Source of the DNA: Mobula hypostoma
Taxonomy: Eukaryota
Assembly (NCBI RefSeq): GCF_963921235.1
Contig: NC_086107.1
Span: 115,880,001 to 115,944,000, forward strand
Direction of reading: 5' to 3'
DNA: 64,000 nucleotides
The position numbers and the translations under genes were made by a program. The notes below the pieces were generated by a model, which ran no database searches, was not told where the DNA came from, and saw only the letters and a list, made by a program, of their open reading frames with translations. Numbering within the stretch: position 1 is the stretch's first letter; every line of letters begins with the position of its first letter. Shown piece by piece: positions 23,962-35,580 of this stretch.

Positions 23962-25385
23962 ATTGTGTGAAACTCTCCCAAACTGCCCAGTCTGCCGCTT
24001 GGTGAGGTCAAACCAAACACAGACATGCCTTCATCCCGGGTGAGCGGGCCCTGATAAAAAACACAGAAGGAACCACTGAGTACTGGGTGGGAAGGTCGGT
24101 ATCAAGTGCTGTTAATTAGCAGCTGGGCGGTGAAAGCAGAGATAAATGTGCGAACGCACGCCAGCCACTGCAAGCGAGCTAAAGTTGTGTCTGACGAGTA
24201 CAACAGGCTCTGTGCTCAGTCCGTCTGTGAGTTCTGCCCCAGCCCTACACTGCTGGGCTACAGTGAGAAAATTACTAACCAGCCAGACGATGTCGCACAG
24301 AATCATTAACTACTGCACACCACGTTTAATCTGATGTTTCTGTATTCCCACCCGATTTGTCTGATTGACAATGTTGTTGCAGTGATGACACAGCCAGTGC
24401 CTTACAGAAAGCCACAGCAGAAGAGGCCTCCACGCACAGGATGGTTCTGCAAAATCGTACAGCATTTGATCTCTTAGCAGTGGGGGGGGGGGTGAAAGGA
24501 ATGCCTACCTACATACCCGACAACTTCGAAGACATAACTAATTTAACTGATGATGTTCATAAAGAAGCAGCTAAGATCCATCAAGCAGATGGAGGGAATT
24601 TGTTTGACAGGATTCAATTAAATCCGGGAAACTGGGGTTGCTTGATATTACAAGTCATAATATTCACAATGGAGCATCTTATCACAGCTCCCTTCATGAC
24701 TTGTACAAATACCATCGTTAACAGAACTCTGCAAACTAACCTGAGTGAATGCACAAAAATACTACTTCCCAGTGGCCAACCATTTAATTCCTATTCTCAT
24801 TCGGATATGACTGTCTATGACCTCTTCCTCTGCTACGATGGGGCCACTCTCAGGGTGCAGGAGCCTCCAACCTGATGGCACGACATTGATTTCCCCTTCC
24901 GGTAAAAAATATTTCCCTTCTCCCCTCCCTCTTCTTGTATTCCCCCCTCTGGCCACTTCCCTCATCTCACTTCTCCCTGATGCTCCTCCTCCTTCCCCTT
25001 CCCCTATGATCTACTCTCCTCTCGTATCAGACTCCTTCCTCTCAGGCACTTTATCTTTCACGTCCAATTCTTTACTCATTTCCATAGACAGCCTGAGATC
25101 CTCCAGCACTTTGTGTGTGTTACTCAAGGTATACCAACTCATAAATACCAATGAACCTGACTGACATAATTCTATAAACACCTTTTGATCAGTCAGGGTG
25201 AATTTTTGATTAAGGTTTATACTTGATGTGGGCAACACAAGTTTTTCTGCCTCTGAAAATTTTTGATATAATGATTCGAAATGTGTTATTTAGAATCAAA
25301 GGAGGGAATGTTGCAACGGAGAGTTGACTTGTTATTTTCTTGTAATTTAACATTCCTGTAATCACTTCTGTCTTATATAATCATG
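23962..25385 (+). mobile_element. Deleted class I (gamma/epsilon-like) endogenous retrovirus: integrase C-terminus, env TM remnant, PPT and start of the 3' LTR
   Basis: KEPLSTGWEGRYQVLLISSWAVK...HASHCKRA (24061-24180); MVLQNRTAFDLLAVGGG...TYIPDN (from 24441); AAAGGAGGGAA PPT at 25298-25308 followed by TG. Confidence 0.8.
24762..25125 (+). mobile_element. Penelope-like fragment (end of GIY-YIG endonuclease plus pLTR remnant) inside the ERV
   Basis: Frameshifted PVANHFNS.SHS...CYDGATLR...LQPDG...IDF, then a pyrimidine-rich pLTR-like tail ending CCTCCAGCACTTTGTGTGTGTT. Confidence 0.6.
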
Positions 25386-25389
25386 CTGA

Positions 25390-25890
25390 GATACATCCGA
25401 GGATGCACTGGGACATATCATCAGTGATGTAACCCGGGGTCATCATGTGTTTATGGTCGTTCAACATTAAACACTCTCACCCAGGTGACCCAGCCAGGGT
25501 TGATCAGGCCCTGGCTTGAGTCCCAGTAGCATTGGTCCATGGGCTGCATCTCTTGATACATAACCATCTGAAGGCTCACTCAGTAGCCTTGGTGACGGTC
25601 CTGATGACTCTTCTTTGCATCCCCTGTAATGCTTAGGACAGAGTAGGTTCTACACATGAGCAGCCAGCAAAATATCCACCCCCGACCTCTATAGGCTCAC
25701 ATCATTCTCTCCACCTGACCCTGGTACTGCTCTACCAGCTCCTGGTATTTGGCTTTCTTACATTTAAACATCTCCTCAATCCGGTCTTCCCAACAAAATG
25801 TCAGTTCTATCATGACCACCTGCTTTGAGGTTTCTGACAGAATCAATCATCTAGGCGTGTTTAATTGTTCAGGGAAATTCCAGCCATTAT
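25390..25890 (-). mobile_element. Hero/R2-superfamily (restriction-like endonuclease) LINE 3' fragment
   Basis: Minus frame ILSETSKQVVMIELTFCWEDRIEE...KKAKYQELVE (RLE-type IELT.WE motif) and a Hero-like 3' UTR CCTGATCAACCCTGGCTGGGTCACCTGGGTGAG...CATCACTGATGA. Confidence 0.65.
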
Positions 25891-26143
25891 GGTATAACTG
25901 CTTCGAAGTTCTCCTGCAATAGGTGCCACATCACCTGTACCTGCCAATTTCAGAGGTTAATTATGGTCACTGCAATATTGTCATTTTACACTCGGACCTG
26001 GTTTCTGCGAGACGACAACTATCTCTTTATTCTCTGATTGTTTCCTCATTCCTTCGTTTCAGCAAAACAATTGTACACAACAGGTTTATGCCTCATTCCC
26101 GATTCTGAACATCTTCATCACAAAAAACAGCAACATACAACAC

Positions 26144-27168
26144 ATCACACACTCCCGGGGTCAGACAGAGTGAATCTCCCTCCACACCATCCCATCACAC
26201 ACTCCCGGGGCCAGACACAGTGAATCTCCCTCCGCACCGTCCCATCACACACTCCCGGGGTCAGACACAGAGTGAATCTCCCTCCACACTGTCCCATCAC
26301 ACACTCCTGGGGTCAGGCACAGAGTGAAACTCCCTCCACACCGTCCCATCACACACTCCTGGGGTCAGGCACAGAGTGAAACTCCCTCCACACCGTCCAT
26401 CACACACTCCCGGGGTCAGATACAGAGTGAATCTCCCTCCACACCGTCCCTTCACACACTCCCGGAGTCAGACACAGAGTGAATCTCCCTCCACACCGTC
26501 CCATCACACACTCCCGGGGTCAGACACAGAGTGAATCTCCCTCCACACCGTCCCATCACACACTCCCGGGGTCAGACACAGAGTGAATCTCCCTCCACAC
26601 CGTCCCATCACACACTCCTGGGGTCAGGCACAGAGTGAAACTCCCTCCACACCGTCCCATCACACACTCCCGGGGTCAGACACAGAGTGAAACTCCCTCC
26701 ACACTGTCCCATCACACACTCCCGGGGTCAGACACAGAGTGAATCTCACTCCACACCGACCCATCACACACTCCCGGGGTCAGACACAGAGTGAATCTCC
26801 CTCCACACCGTCCCATCACACACTCCCGGGGTCAGACACAGAGTGAATCTCCCTCCACACCGTCCATCACACACTCCCGGGGTCAGACACAGAGTGAATC
26901 TCCCTCCACACCGTCCCATCACACACTCCCGGGGTCAGACACAGAGTGAAGCTCCCTCCACACCGTCCCATCACACACTCCCGGGGTCAGACACAGAGTG
27001 AAACTCCCTCCACACCGTCCCATCACACACTCCCGGGGTCAGACACAGAGTGAATCTACCTCCACACTGTCCCATCACACACTCCCGGGGTCAGACACAG
27101 AGTGAAACTCCCTCCACACCGTCCCATCACACACTCCCGGGGTCAGACACAGAGTGAATCTCCCTCCC
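26144..27168. repeat. 52-bp minisatellite array 2, ~20 units
   Basis: Same unit as 15520-16320. Confidence 0.95.
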
Positions 27169-27180
27169 ACAGTCACTGAC

Positions 27181-27401
27181 CTGAGTTCAGAGCCTCTGCT
27201 GTGGCAAGATGTAACACAGTGTCATCACTAACCCTCCAGTCGGGGAGACGGACTTCAATGGCAGAGACACCCCCCAGCTCGACAAGCTCCTGGTGAATCT
27301 GGGGACCACTCTCACAGTATTCCCATCGTTGGTTCCGGTATCCAAGCGAATCGCCTGCCGCACTGAGCAACATGGAGGCTCGGTAGCGTTCCACGGAGGC
27401 C
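27181..27401 (-). CDS. ADPRH: ARH1 coding exon 2 ([28 protein letters not shown]...[19 protein letters not shown])
   Basis: GD.LG and catalytic SDDT motifs of ARH1; CAG acceptor at 27402, GTCAGT donor. Confidence 0.95.
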
Positions 27402-27884
27402 CTGGATGGGGGGGGGGGAGTCAGTGAGGGCAGACGGAGAGAGAGCCAAAGTGAGGGGGGTGTAGAGAGTGAGGTGCAGAGAGAGTGGGAGACAGGTGGG
27501 GAAAGGGGGGAGGAATAGAGGGGTGGAGAGAGTGGGGGGAGGGGAGGGGAAGGGAGAGAGGGGGAAAGAGTGGAGGGGAGAAGGGAGGGGAAAGAGAGTG
27601 GGGAGGGGAAAGAAAGTGGGGAGGGGAATGAGAGCTGGGGGGAAGAGTGGGGAGGGGACAGAGAGGGGAGGGGAAAGAGTGGGGGGAAGAGGAAGAGAGC
27701 AAGGGGGAAGAGCGGGGAGGGGAGGGGAAGAGAGCGGGGAGGGGAGGGAGGGGGAGGGGAAGAGAGCGGGGAGGGGAGGGAGAGGGAGGGGAGAAATGGG
27801 ACGGAGTTGGAGGGTTGTGGTGTAGAGAGAGCAGGGAACGTGAGAGGGCTGAGTTATGTCACCCCCCCCCCCCAGCAAACTCAC

Positions 27885-27901
27885 GGAGTCTCGGCCGACA
27901 T
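27885..27901 (-). CDS. ADPRH: ARH1 probable coding exon 1 (MSAETP)
   Basis: ATG in a CpG island; GTGAGT donor in phase 2 joins exon 2 in frame; total CDS 1086 nt (361 aa). Confidence 0.7.
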
Positions 27902-28075
27902 ATCGGGACGTCTCGGCGGATCCCCGGAGCTGCGGCCGGCTGTGTCTGTCTGTCTGTCCGTCCGAGTGTGACGGTCCGTCAGCCGCCCGCCTCCCCCTCC
28001 TCTCGCCGCCGACCTTTACACCGCGACAGCCAGCTGACCCTGGAACCTGATCCGCGGGCGGGTTGGGGACGGGAG
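27885..28075 (-). promoter_or_regulatory. CpG-island promoter and 5' UTR of the ADPRH-like gene
   Basis: Local CpG enrichment and GC boxes around the first exon. Confidence 0.6.
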
Positions 28076-28089
28076 GGGAAGGGAGGGGA

Positions 28090-28610
28090 GGGGGGGAGTC
28101 ACACAGACCCAGGAGAGAGGAGAGGAGGGGTGGGGAGGGGGGGGTAACAGACGGGGGGGTGGGGAGGGGGAGTCACACAGACCCAGGGGAGAGGAGAGAG
28201 GAGGGGTGGGGTGGGGAGGGGAGGGGGGATCACACAGACCGGGGGGTGGGGGAGTCACACAGACCCGGGAGAGAGGAGAGGAGGGGTGGGGAGGGGGGGG
28301 TTACAGACCGGGGGGTGGGGAGGGGGAGTCACACAGACCCAGGGGAGAGGAGAGAGGAGGGGTGGGGTGGGGAGGGGAGGGGGGATCACACAGACCGGGG
28401 GGTGGGGGAGTCACACAGACCCGGGAGAGAGGAGAGGAGGGGTGGGGTGGGGAGGGGAGGGGAGAGTCACACAGACCAGGGAGAGGGGGAGGGGAGGGGT
28501 AGTCATACAGACCGGGGGGAGCGGAGAGGAGGGGTGGGGAGTCACACAGACCCGGGGGGAAGGGGGAGGGGGAGGAGGGGAAAGGAAGAGGGGCGGGTCC
28601 CACAGACTGG
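28090..28610. repeat. G-rich tandem repeat with GGGAGTCACACAGACC core, upstream of the ADPRH promoter
   Basis: Directly visible. Confidence 0.8.
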
Positions 28611-28860
28611 ATGAAAGGGGAGGGGGTCACGGGGGTTCACACGCACTGGGTGGGGGGAAGGGGAAGGTGAGTTGAGTCCATTCCCCCCAATCCTCTTCCC
28701 TCCCCCTCAGCCAGCCTCATCCCTGCTCTCTCCTCTCCCCCTCTGCCGACCTCTCACCCCCTCCCTCTCCTCATCCCTTCCATTTCCCCTCACCCCTCAC
28801 CCCTCCCCATCTCATCCCTCACAGTAACACTCAACACCAGACGCAGGGTTGAAGTCCATC

Positions 28861-28866
28861 TTTATT
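28861..28866 (-). terminator. Polyadenylation signal AATAAA of PRODH2
   Basis: TTTATT on + about 440 nt downstream of the stop codon, with a GT-rich element further downstream on the minus strand. Confidence 0.7.
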
Positions 28867-28979
28867 CAATCTTCAGCGGTCTGGGGTTGGTCTGGGACTG
28901 TCCAAGGTTAGAGGTCAGTCTGGGGGTAACTGGGGTCAGAGGTTAGAGGTCGGTCTGGGGGTGACTGGCATCAGGGGTC

Positions 28980-29282
28980 AGTGGTCAGTCTGGGAGGGAG
29001 GGGAATGGGTCAGAGGTCAGTGGTTGGTGAGGGAGGGGAATGGGTCAGAGGTCTGGGGTTGGTGAGGGAGGGAATGGGTCAGAGGTCAGTGGTTGGTGAG
29101 GGAGGGGAATGGGTCAGAGGTCTGGGGTTGGTGAGGGAGGGGAATGGGTCAGAGGTCTGGGGTTGGTGATGGAGGGGAATGGGTCAGAGGTCAGTGGTTG
29201 GTGAGGGAGGGGAATGGGTCAGAGGTCTGGGGTTGGTGAGGGAGGGGAATGGGTCAGAGGTCTGGGGTTGGTGAGGGAGGGG
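28980..29282. repeat. ~35-39-bp minisatellite in the PRODH2 3' UTR
   Basis: Repeated GGGTCAGAGGTCTGGGGTTGGTGAGGGAGGGGAAT. Confidence 0.85.
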
Positions 29283-29304
29283 ACATCTTTCCCTCCTCAC
29301 TCTG

Positions 29305-29486
29305 TCAGCCCTGCACCCCCCTCCCGAGCAGGAGGCGCCGGCTGAGCTCGTCCCTGAGCAGCTCTCTCTCGCGGCGGAGACCCCTCAGCGCCGACTGGTT
29401 CTCCTGAGCTCTTCGGATCAGGTAGGGAATGACAGAGGACACATCTCCATATGGGACGGATTTGTAGACCGAGTAGCCAGCTCGCC
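29305..29486 (-). CDS. PRODH2: PRODH2 coding exon 10, last (GRAGYSVYKSVPYGDVSSVIPYLIRRAQENQSALRGLRRERELLRDELSRRLLLGRGVQG*)
   Basis: Conserved YK.VPYG...PYL.RRA.EN motif; AG acceptor; TGA at 29305-29307. Confidence 0.93.
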
Positions 29487-29534
29487 CTGTGGGTGGTGAA
29501 GCAGGGAGGGGAGATGGGGGAGAAACAGTGATGA

Positions 29535-31400
29535 TGGAATCATAGAGAAATACAACCCAGAAACCGGCCCTTCATTCTATCCGGTCCATACTGACCCCTG
29601 CCTCATGCCTGCTTGTCCCTGTTGCTTGTGTTCATTCTAAAACCATCCAAAGCCCTCTCTCCTCCATGTTCCTATCCAAATGCCGCTTAAATTTCACAAT
29701 TATAGCCTTCCTACCACTGGCAGCTCATTCCAGGTTCTTCCTACCCTCTGTTACCCCTCAGACCTCCCCTCATCTTGTATTTGTACCCTCTAGTCTTGCA
29801 CTCCCCACCCCTGGGGAAAACCTGTGACCGCCCATCTTCTCCACACCTCTTGTGATTTTATAAACCTATGAGATCACCCCTCAATCTCCTACGCTCCACC
29901 CCTCAATCCTCCCCGCCCCCAGAAATAAAGATCGAGTGTGGACAAGCTCTCCTCTGTAACTGCAGCCCTCCTGCCCAGGTAGAATCCTCGCTAATCTCCT
30001 CTGCGCACTCCACAGCGGGACAATGTCTTCCCTATAACTAAAACTGTACGTAATACTCTGAGTGCATCTCACCTGTGACCTGTCCCAGCTCTTAAACTCG
30101 GTGCCCTGATTGATGCCGACCAGTGTGCTAAGCACCTCCTTCACCCCTCGGTCTGCTTGTGTGGCAGCTTTCAGTGAACTGTACCCTGCCCAAAGTGCAT
30201 CACCTCTCACTTCCCCAAGTTGAAATCCAGTTGCCATTCCGCGGCCCATCTCCCCAACTGATCCAGATCTTTTTGGAATTCATTGTAACCTGCTTCAGCG
30301 TCGGCAACCCTCTCATTTAGTATCATCTGCAGACTGGCTAATCGTTCCACACATCCAAATCATTTACATAATCAATACTGATCCCTCGGGCATCCCGGTA
30401 GGCACAGGCCTCTGGATGGAGAGTCGACCTTCAGCCATCACCCTCTGCTTCCTATCAGAATCCGTCTCAGTAGCTCTCCCCGAATCCCTCGCAAATGAAC
30501 CTTCCATATCAGCCTACCTTGCAGGATATTGTCAAACTCCTTACTAGAAATCCATACAGATATTATCCTTCATCAACCCTCTTCAGAAACTCTTTAAAAG
30601 ATTCATCTGACATGACCTCCTATGGACAAGACCGTACTGACGATTCATGATCGGGTCTTGAATATCCAACTGCAGCTAGATCTCGCTGCTCAGAACTCGC
30701 TCTAATAAATCCCCTGTGGTTCACTGGCCTGGCCTTGCCTCCCTTCTCCAATGATTGGACAGCATGAGCCACCCTGCAACTCCTGTGAATTTCAACACTG
30801 GCTAATGGCAAAGCAAATATCTATACAAAAGTCTGGCTGTGCACTTGGTCAAGCCCCAGGGATTTGGCCACATTAATGAACTTCAAACATCTCCTTCCTT
30901 GTGATCTGCATATGGTCCTTGACTTCATTTCTTTGGGATCCGTGTTGTTCTCCAGGGGGAAACAGACATTAACAACCTTGACCATTTCCTATGGCTCTAT
31001 GAATTGGGAGCTCCGGTGGTCTTTAAGAGGACCTAGTGTCTCTCCACAGTGAAGACTGATGCAAAAATACATATTCAGTTCATTTGTCTTTTCTTTGTCC
31101 CCATTACTATATCTCCAGTGTTGTTTTCCAGCGGTCTGTTACCGAGTCTCACCACTCTTATCTTCTTAAATTCACTTGGTTCTGCGACTGATAATCGATT
31201 CAATTCAGACGTGAACCAGAAAGCAAATTCTAGAGGTGAGGAGGGAGTAACCACTCTGAACATTTGAAGGAAGGAATCCCAGTAAAAGTGACATTAATAA
31301 AAAATCGAAGGGAAATGGATCATATTTTCCACACAGGTAACTCATCTCGGTACATCACAGTGGAGCGTTCTAGTCAGACGTTCAGCTAGGCGCTCCTTTC
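29535..31400 (-). mobile_element. Old, fragmented CR1 LINE sequences
   Basis: Degenerate CR1 ORF2 and 3' UTR remnants (e.g. ENNTGDIVMGTKK, SAQRRLARILPG). Confidence 0.6.
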
Positions 31401-31671
31401 ACACTCAGACCAGAAGAGCGCGAGGCACCAGTGCTCCCCTGCCCCCAGCCACATTGGTGTTTTGGTGCGGTGGGGTGGGGGAGGTGGGGGGGGAGGGTGA
31501 GAAAGAGAAGAGAAGGAGAGGGGTAGAGATTGGGGGTAAAGAGAGAGGAATGAGGGGAGTGAGAGAGGGAAGAGGGAGGCAGAGGAGGAGGAGAGGAATT
31601 GACAGAAGAGATGATAGGAGGGAGAGACGGGGGAGTGGAGAGAGGGAGTTTGCCGAGGAGTTTATACATAC

Positions 31672-31760
31672 CCAGGGTGAGGGAGACGTGGTCACACATT
31701 CCCAGTAACTGGGCAGAGTGGATCATCCCACAGTCCCTGCCAAGACCCAGCGCCTCCATC
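31672..31760 (-). CDS. PRODH2: PRODH2 coding exon 9 (MEALGLGRDCGMIHSAQLLGMCDHVSLTL)
   Basis: QLLGMCDHVSL motif; phases 2/1; AG and GT present. Confidence 0.92.
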
Positions 31761-32098
31761 CTGTGAGGGGAGAAGACAGAATGAATGGGGGGGGCAGGAG
31801 AGACTGAGGGGGAGGAGACGGGGTGGGAGAGGGCAAGAGCAAGTTAGAGATTACGGGCAGAGTGGGTGGGAGGGAGAAATACAGGGATGGGTGGGAGAGC
31901 GGGGGGGTGGATGGAGGAGGGACGTCCTTCAGAGGGTGGAAGAGGAGGGGATGAGAGAGGTACATACCTCAGGAAGTGGAGGGATGGAGAAGGATCATCC
32001 GACGAGGGAAGGGGAAGATGGAGGGTGGTGAGTGCAAGGAGGAGAGGGGAGAATTGAGGGATATCCCTCAGTGGAGGGGAGGGTAGGAGGGTCTGTAC

Positions 32099-32206
32099 CT
32101 ATTGAGAAGGTATTGGACTGATCCCTCATTGTGTGTGGCTGCCACCAGCCCCACCTTTGGGTTCCGCTTCACCAGGGTCACCAGCTGGTCCAGGAGCCTC
32201 CGGTAA
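32099..32206 (-). CDS. PRODH2: PRODH2 coding exon 8 (SYRRLLDQLVTLVKRNPKVGLVAATHNEGSVQYLLN)
   Basis: A(S/T)HNE.SV motif; phases 2/2; AG and GT present. Confidence 0.9.
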
Positions 32207-32559
32207 CTGAGGGGAGAGGACAAAGAGGAAGGGGGGGGGTCACAACCTGCTCACACTGACCCTCACAGCTTCCCACAACTCACCCCCTCCCCTATCCTCC
32301 TCGTTACTCCCCCAAAACCATTCAAAATACAGGTGCTCCATCGGACTGTGGTCTCAGCCCCCACTCCGCTCCGTGTCCTCAGGACAATGTGGGCAGACTC
32401 TGCTCTAACCCCAACTACAAGTTTGCGATGACACCACCATAGTGGGCCAAACCTCAAATAACAATCAGTCAGAGAACCAGAAGGAGACAGAGGGCTTAGT
32501 GACATGTTGCCATGACAACAAACATTCCCCACAATGTCAGCAAAATAAACTATGGTACC

Positions 32560-35345
32560 GGGACTTGAGACCCTGAGTTATAGGGAAAGGGTGAATAGTT
32601 CAAGTCGAAGTTTCTTTGTCACAAATGCCCATGAATATAGCCAAGCGAAACAGCGTTACTCTGGGACCAAGGTGCAAAACGCAATACCAACGGTCACACA
32701 CAGCACAAAGCACATATAAAGATGTCAGTAAAATGCAGTCACAGTATAGCCCAAGACCCTGAGTCCATGGATGTCGAGGCAGTCTACAATCGAAAGCAAG
32801 GTGGCTTGTCTTCTGCCGACTGAACACTGGGAGACAGCGCTGAGGTTGAGAGGTTGCAAGTTTCATGTCACCAACAGTCTGTCCTGGTCCCACGACCAGG
32901 TCATCACGGGGCAAGAAAACTCAGCAAGACCTCTGTTTCCTCACGAGTCATAGAGTACTACTAGCACAGAAACAGGCCCTTTGGCCCATTGAGTCTGTAC
33001 TAGCCTGGTGGTTTCTATCCACACCCGGACTATAGCCTCCATATCTCTCTCATTCATGTACCTGTCCAAACTTCCCTTAAATGTTACAACTGAACCCACA
33101 TCCACCATTTCCGTTGGCAGCTTGTTCGACATTCACAGAAACCTCTGAATGAAGAAAAACCCTCCCAAATTCTCCTTAAACATTTCACCTTTCACCCTGA
33201 ACCTCTAGTTCTAGTCTCGCCCAACCTGAGGGGAAAAGGCATTTACGTATTGACCCAGTCTATACCCCTCATCATTTTGTATAACAGAGGTCTGTCAGAG
33301 GATCAGAGTTGGAGAGTGTCAACAACTTTAAATTCTTCCGTGTTATCATTTTGGAGGATCTGTCCTGGGCCCTGCAAATGCCATCACAAAGACAAAGAAA
33401 GCACAGCAGAACCTGTACTTCCTCAGGACTCTGCAAAGATTTGGCATGATATCTGAAACTTTGACAAACTTCTTCAGATGTGTGGTGGAGAGTGTATCAC
33501 AGCCTGGCATGGGAACACCAATGCCCTCAAACAGAAAACCCTACAAAAAGTAGTGGACTCGGCCACGATGAAATGGTGGAGCAGACTGGACGGGCCAAGT
33601 GGCTTTATTCTGTTCCTGTATCTTATGGTCTCACGGGTAAAGCCTACCCCACCATTGAGTACGTCCACATGAAACGCTGCTGCAGGAAAGCAGCGTCCAT
33701 CACCACCCAGGCCAGGCTCTCTCCTCACTGCTGCTGTCAGGAAGAAGGAACAGGAGCCTCAGGGCTCACACCACCAGGGTCGGGAACAGTCGTTACTCCT
33801 CGACCATCAGGTTCCTGAACCAGAGGGGAAAACTTCACTCGCCTCATCACTGAAATGTTCCAATGGACTCACTTTCCAGGACTCTTCATCTCATGTTACC
33901 ATTATTTATAGATTATTTATTTATGTATTTGCACAATTTGTTGTCTTTTTCACACTGGTCGAACGTCCGAGTTGGTGCAGTCTTTCACTGGTTATCATGG
34001 TTAGTATTCTACGCCGGATTTAATGAGTCTGCCCACAAAATAAATTAATCTCAGCATCCTATGCGGTGATATATATGTACTATGACAATAAATTTGTTTT
34101 GAACTTCGAGCCTCTGTCATACCTTCCCTGAATAAAGTCCCAGTACTGAGGGTCTACCCCGTCAGCAGGTACTCGCTGCTGTCTTCATTACAGGAGTGTT
34201 GGAGGAATCAATGCGCAGGTAGAGTGCAGTCAAACTACCAGTGATTGCCTCAGTTGCTTTTCTTGTGATCGCAAGAGCCTGTTGGACATTGTTAATGTGA
34301 AATGCTGCAAGTCCAATTCACTGAATTATCGGCAGTCGACAGGGAAGAATGGCGGGGGGCCAATGGCTAAGCCTCAAACCGCAGGGTCGCCTGTTACAGC
34401 TTTGGCGTCTGTGCACACCACGGGGGACGGTGTGGCGTGGCATCCAAGCTGGAGCCGGTGCTGCCCCAGTGTTCGCTCGGCAGAAGACAAGCCATCTTGC
34501 ATTCGATTGCAGACTGCCGCGACATTCATCGAGCCAGGGCTTTGGACGATATATATTGTGTGTGTGACTGTATTTAACCAATACACATTTACTGAGGCAA
34601 ATTTCTGAATGGACAATGAACCCACGACCATTACCCCACTATTTTATCTCAATTCTTGTCGTCTTTGAGCACGACTCATTTAATTTTTAATGTTTGCAAG
34701 CAGGCGTTGAGGTTGCGTCTGATTCGAATTAGAGGTCGTGGGTTAAGGGTGAAGGGTGAAACGTCTAAGGGGAATGAGGGGGAACTTCTTCACTCAGAGG
34801 GTGGTGAGAGTGTGGAACGAGCTGCCCGGGGAAATGGAGGATGTGGGTTTCATTTCAACATTTAAGAGGTCTGAGTAAGTACCAGGGTGGGATGGGGATG
34901 GGGATGGGGATGACCAGGTGCAGGTCGGTGAGATGAGGCACAATAACAGACGACACAAAATAAGTGGGCTGAAGTGTTCTGTGACTCTATACCATCGCTA
35001 TCGTATCTGCCTCCATCACCACCCCTGGCACCCACCACTCATAAAACTTATCCCAGGCATCTCCTTTGAACTTATCCCCCACAGACACACATCTTATGTA
35101 TGCCCTCTGCTTTCAACCTTTCCAGTCTGGGGATAAAGATACCAGTTCTCTATCTGTGCCTCTCGTGATCTTATAAACCTCAATCAGATCTCCCCTCAGC
35201 ATCCGCTGCTCCAGAGAAAACCAACCAAGTTTGTCCAGCCTCTGCTTATAGCTCATGCCTTGTAATCCAGGCAGCACCCTGCTGAAACTCTTCTGTACCT
35301 CCCCAAAAGCCCCCACACCCATACTGTAATGGGGTGACCAGAATC
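32560..35345. mobile_element. Patchwork of CR1 and Rex1/Babar fragments in PRODH2 intron 7
   Basis: Rex1-type + fragment at ~33290-34110 (KRCCRKAASI); CR1 pieces at ~32950-33285 (-), ~34720-34990 (+) and 35040-35345 (-; LEQRMLRGDLIEVYKI). Confidence 0.65.
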
Positions 35346-35395
35346 GCCCCCTTCCCCTCAATTCTGCCCTTCCTGTGGCCCCTCAAGAATCCTAC

Positions 35396-35562
35396 CTTCG
35401 GTCTGTGTCATCCCAGTTCTTCTGCACAGGGTCAGGATATCCGAATTTCACTGCCAACTCCCGTTCCCTATCCATGTATGCTCCCCTGACCAACTTTACC
35501 CCAAACCAGAGCCCCAGGCTCAGGGCCTGCGAAACATCAGTCAAGAGCCGTCTCTCTGTGTC
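35396..35562 (-). CDS. PRODH2: PRODH2 coding exon 7 (DTERRLL...FGVKLVRGAYMDRERE...DPVQKNWDDTDR)
   Basis: FAD-binding KLVRGAY motif; phases 0/2. Confidence 0.95.
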
Positions 35563-35580
35563 CTGGAGCAAAGCACAGAT

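Noticed and set aside
24441..24875. Domesticated syncytin-like env gene
   Set aside because: It lacks a signal peptide, SU, furin site and CX6CC, and its C-terminal part runs into Penelope sequence.
3098..27901. Assignment as ADPRHL1 (ARH2) or ADPRS (ARH3)
   Set aside because: Intact SDDT and DSDS motifs plus MTHHHPTG and SGHDAP segments fit ARH1.
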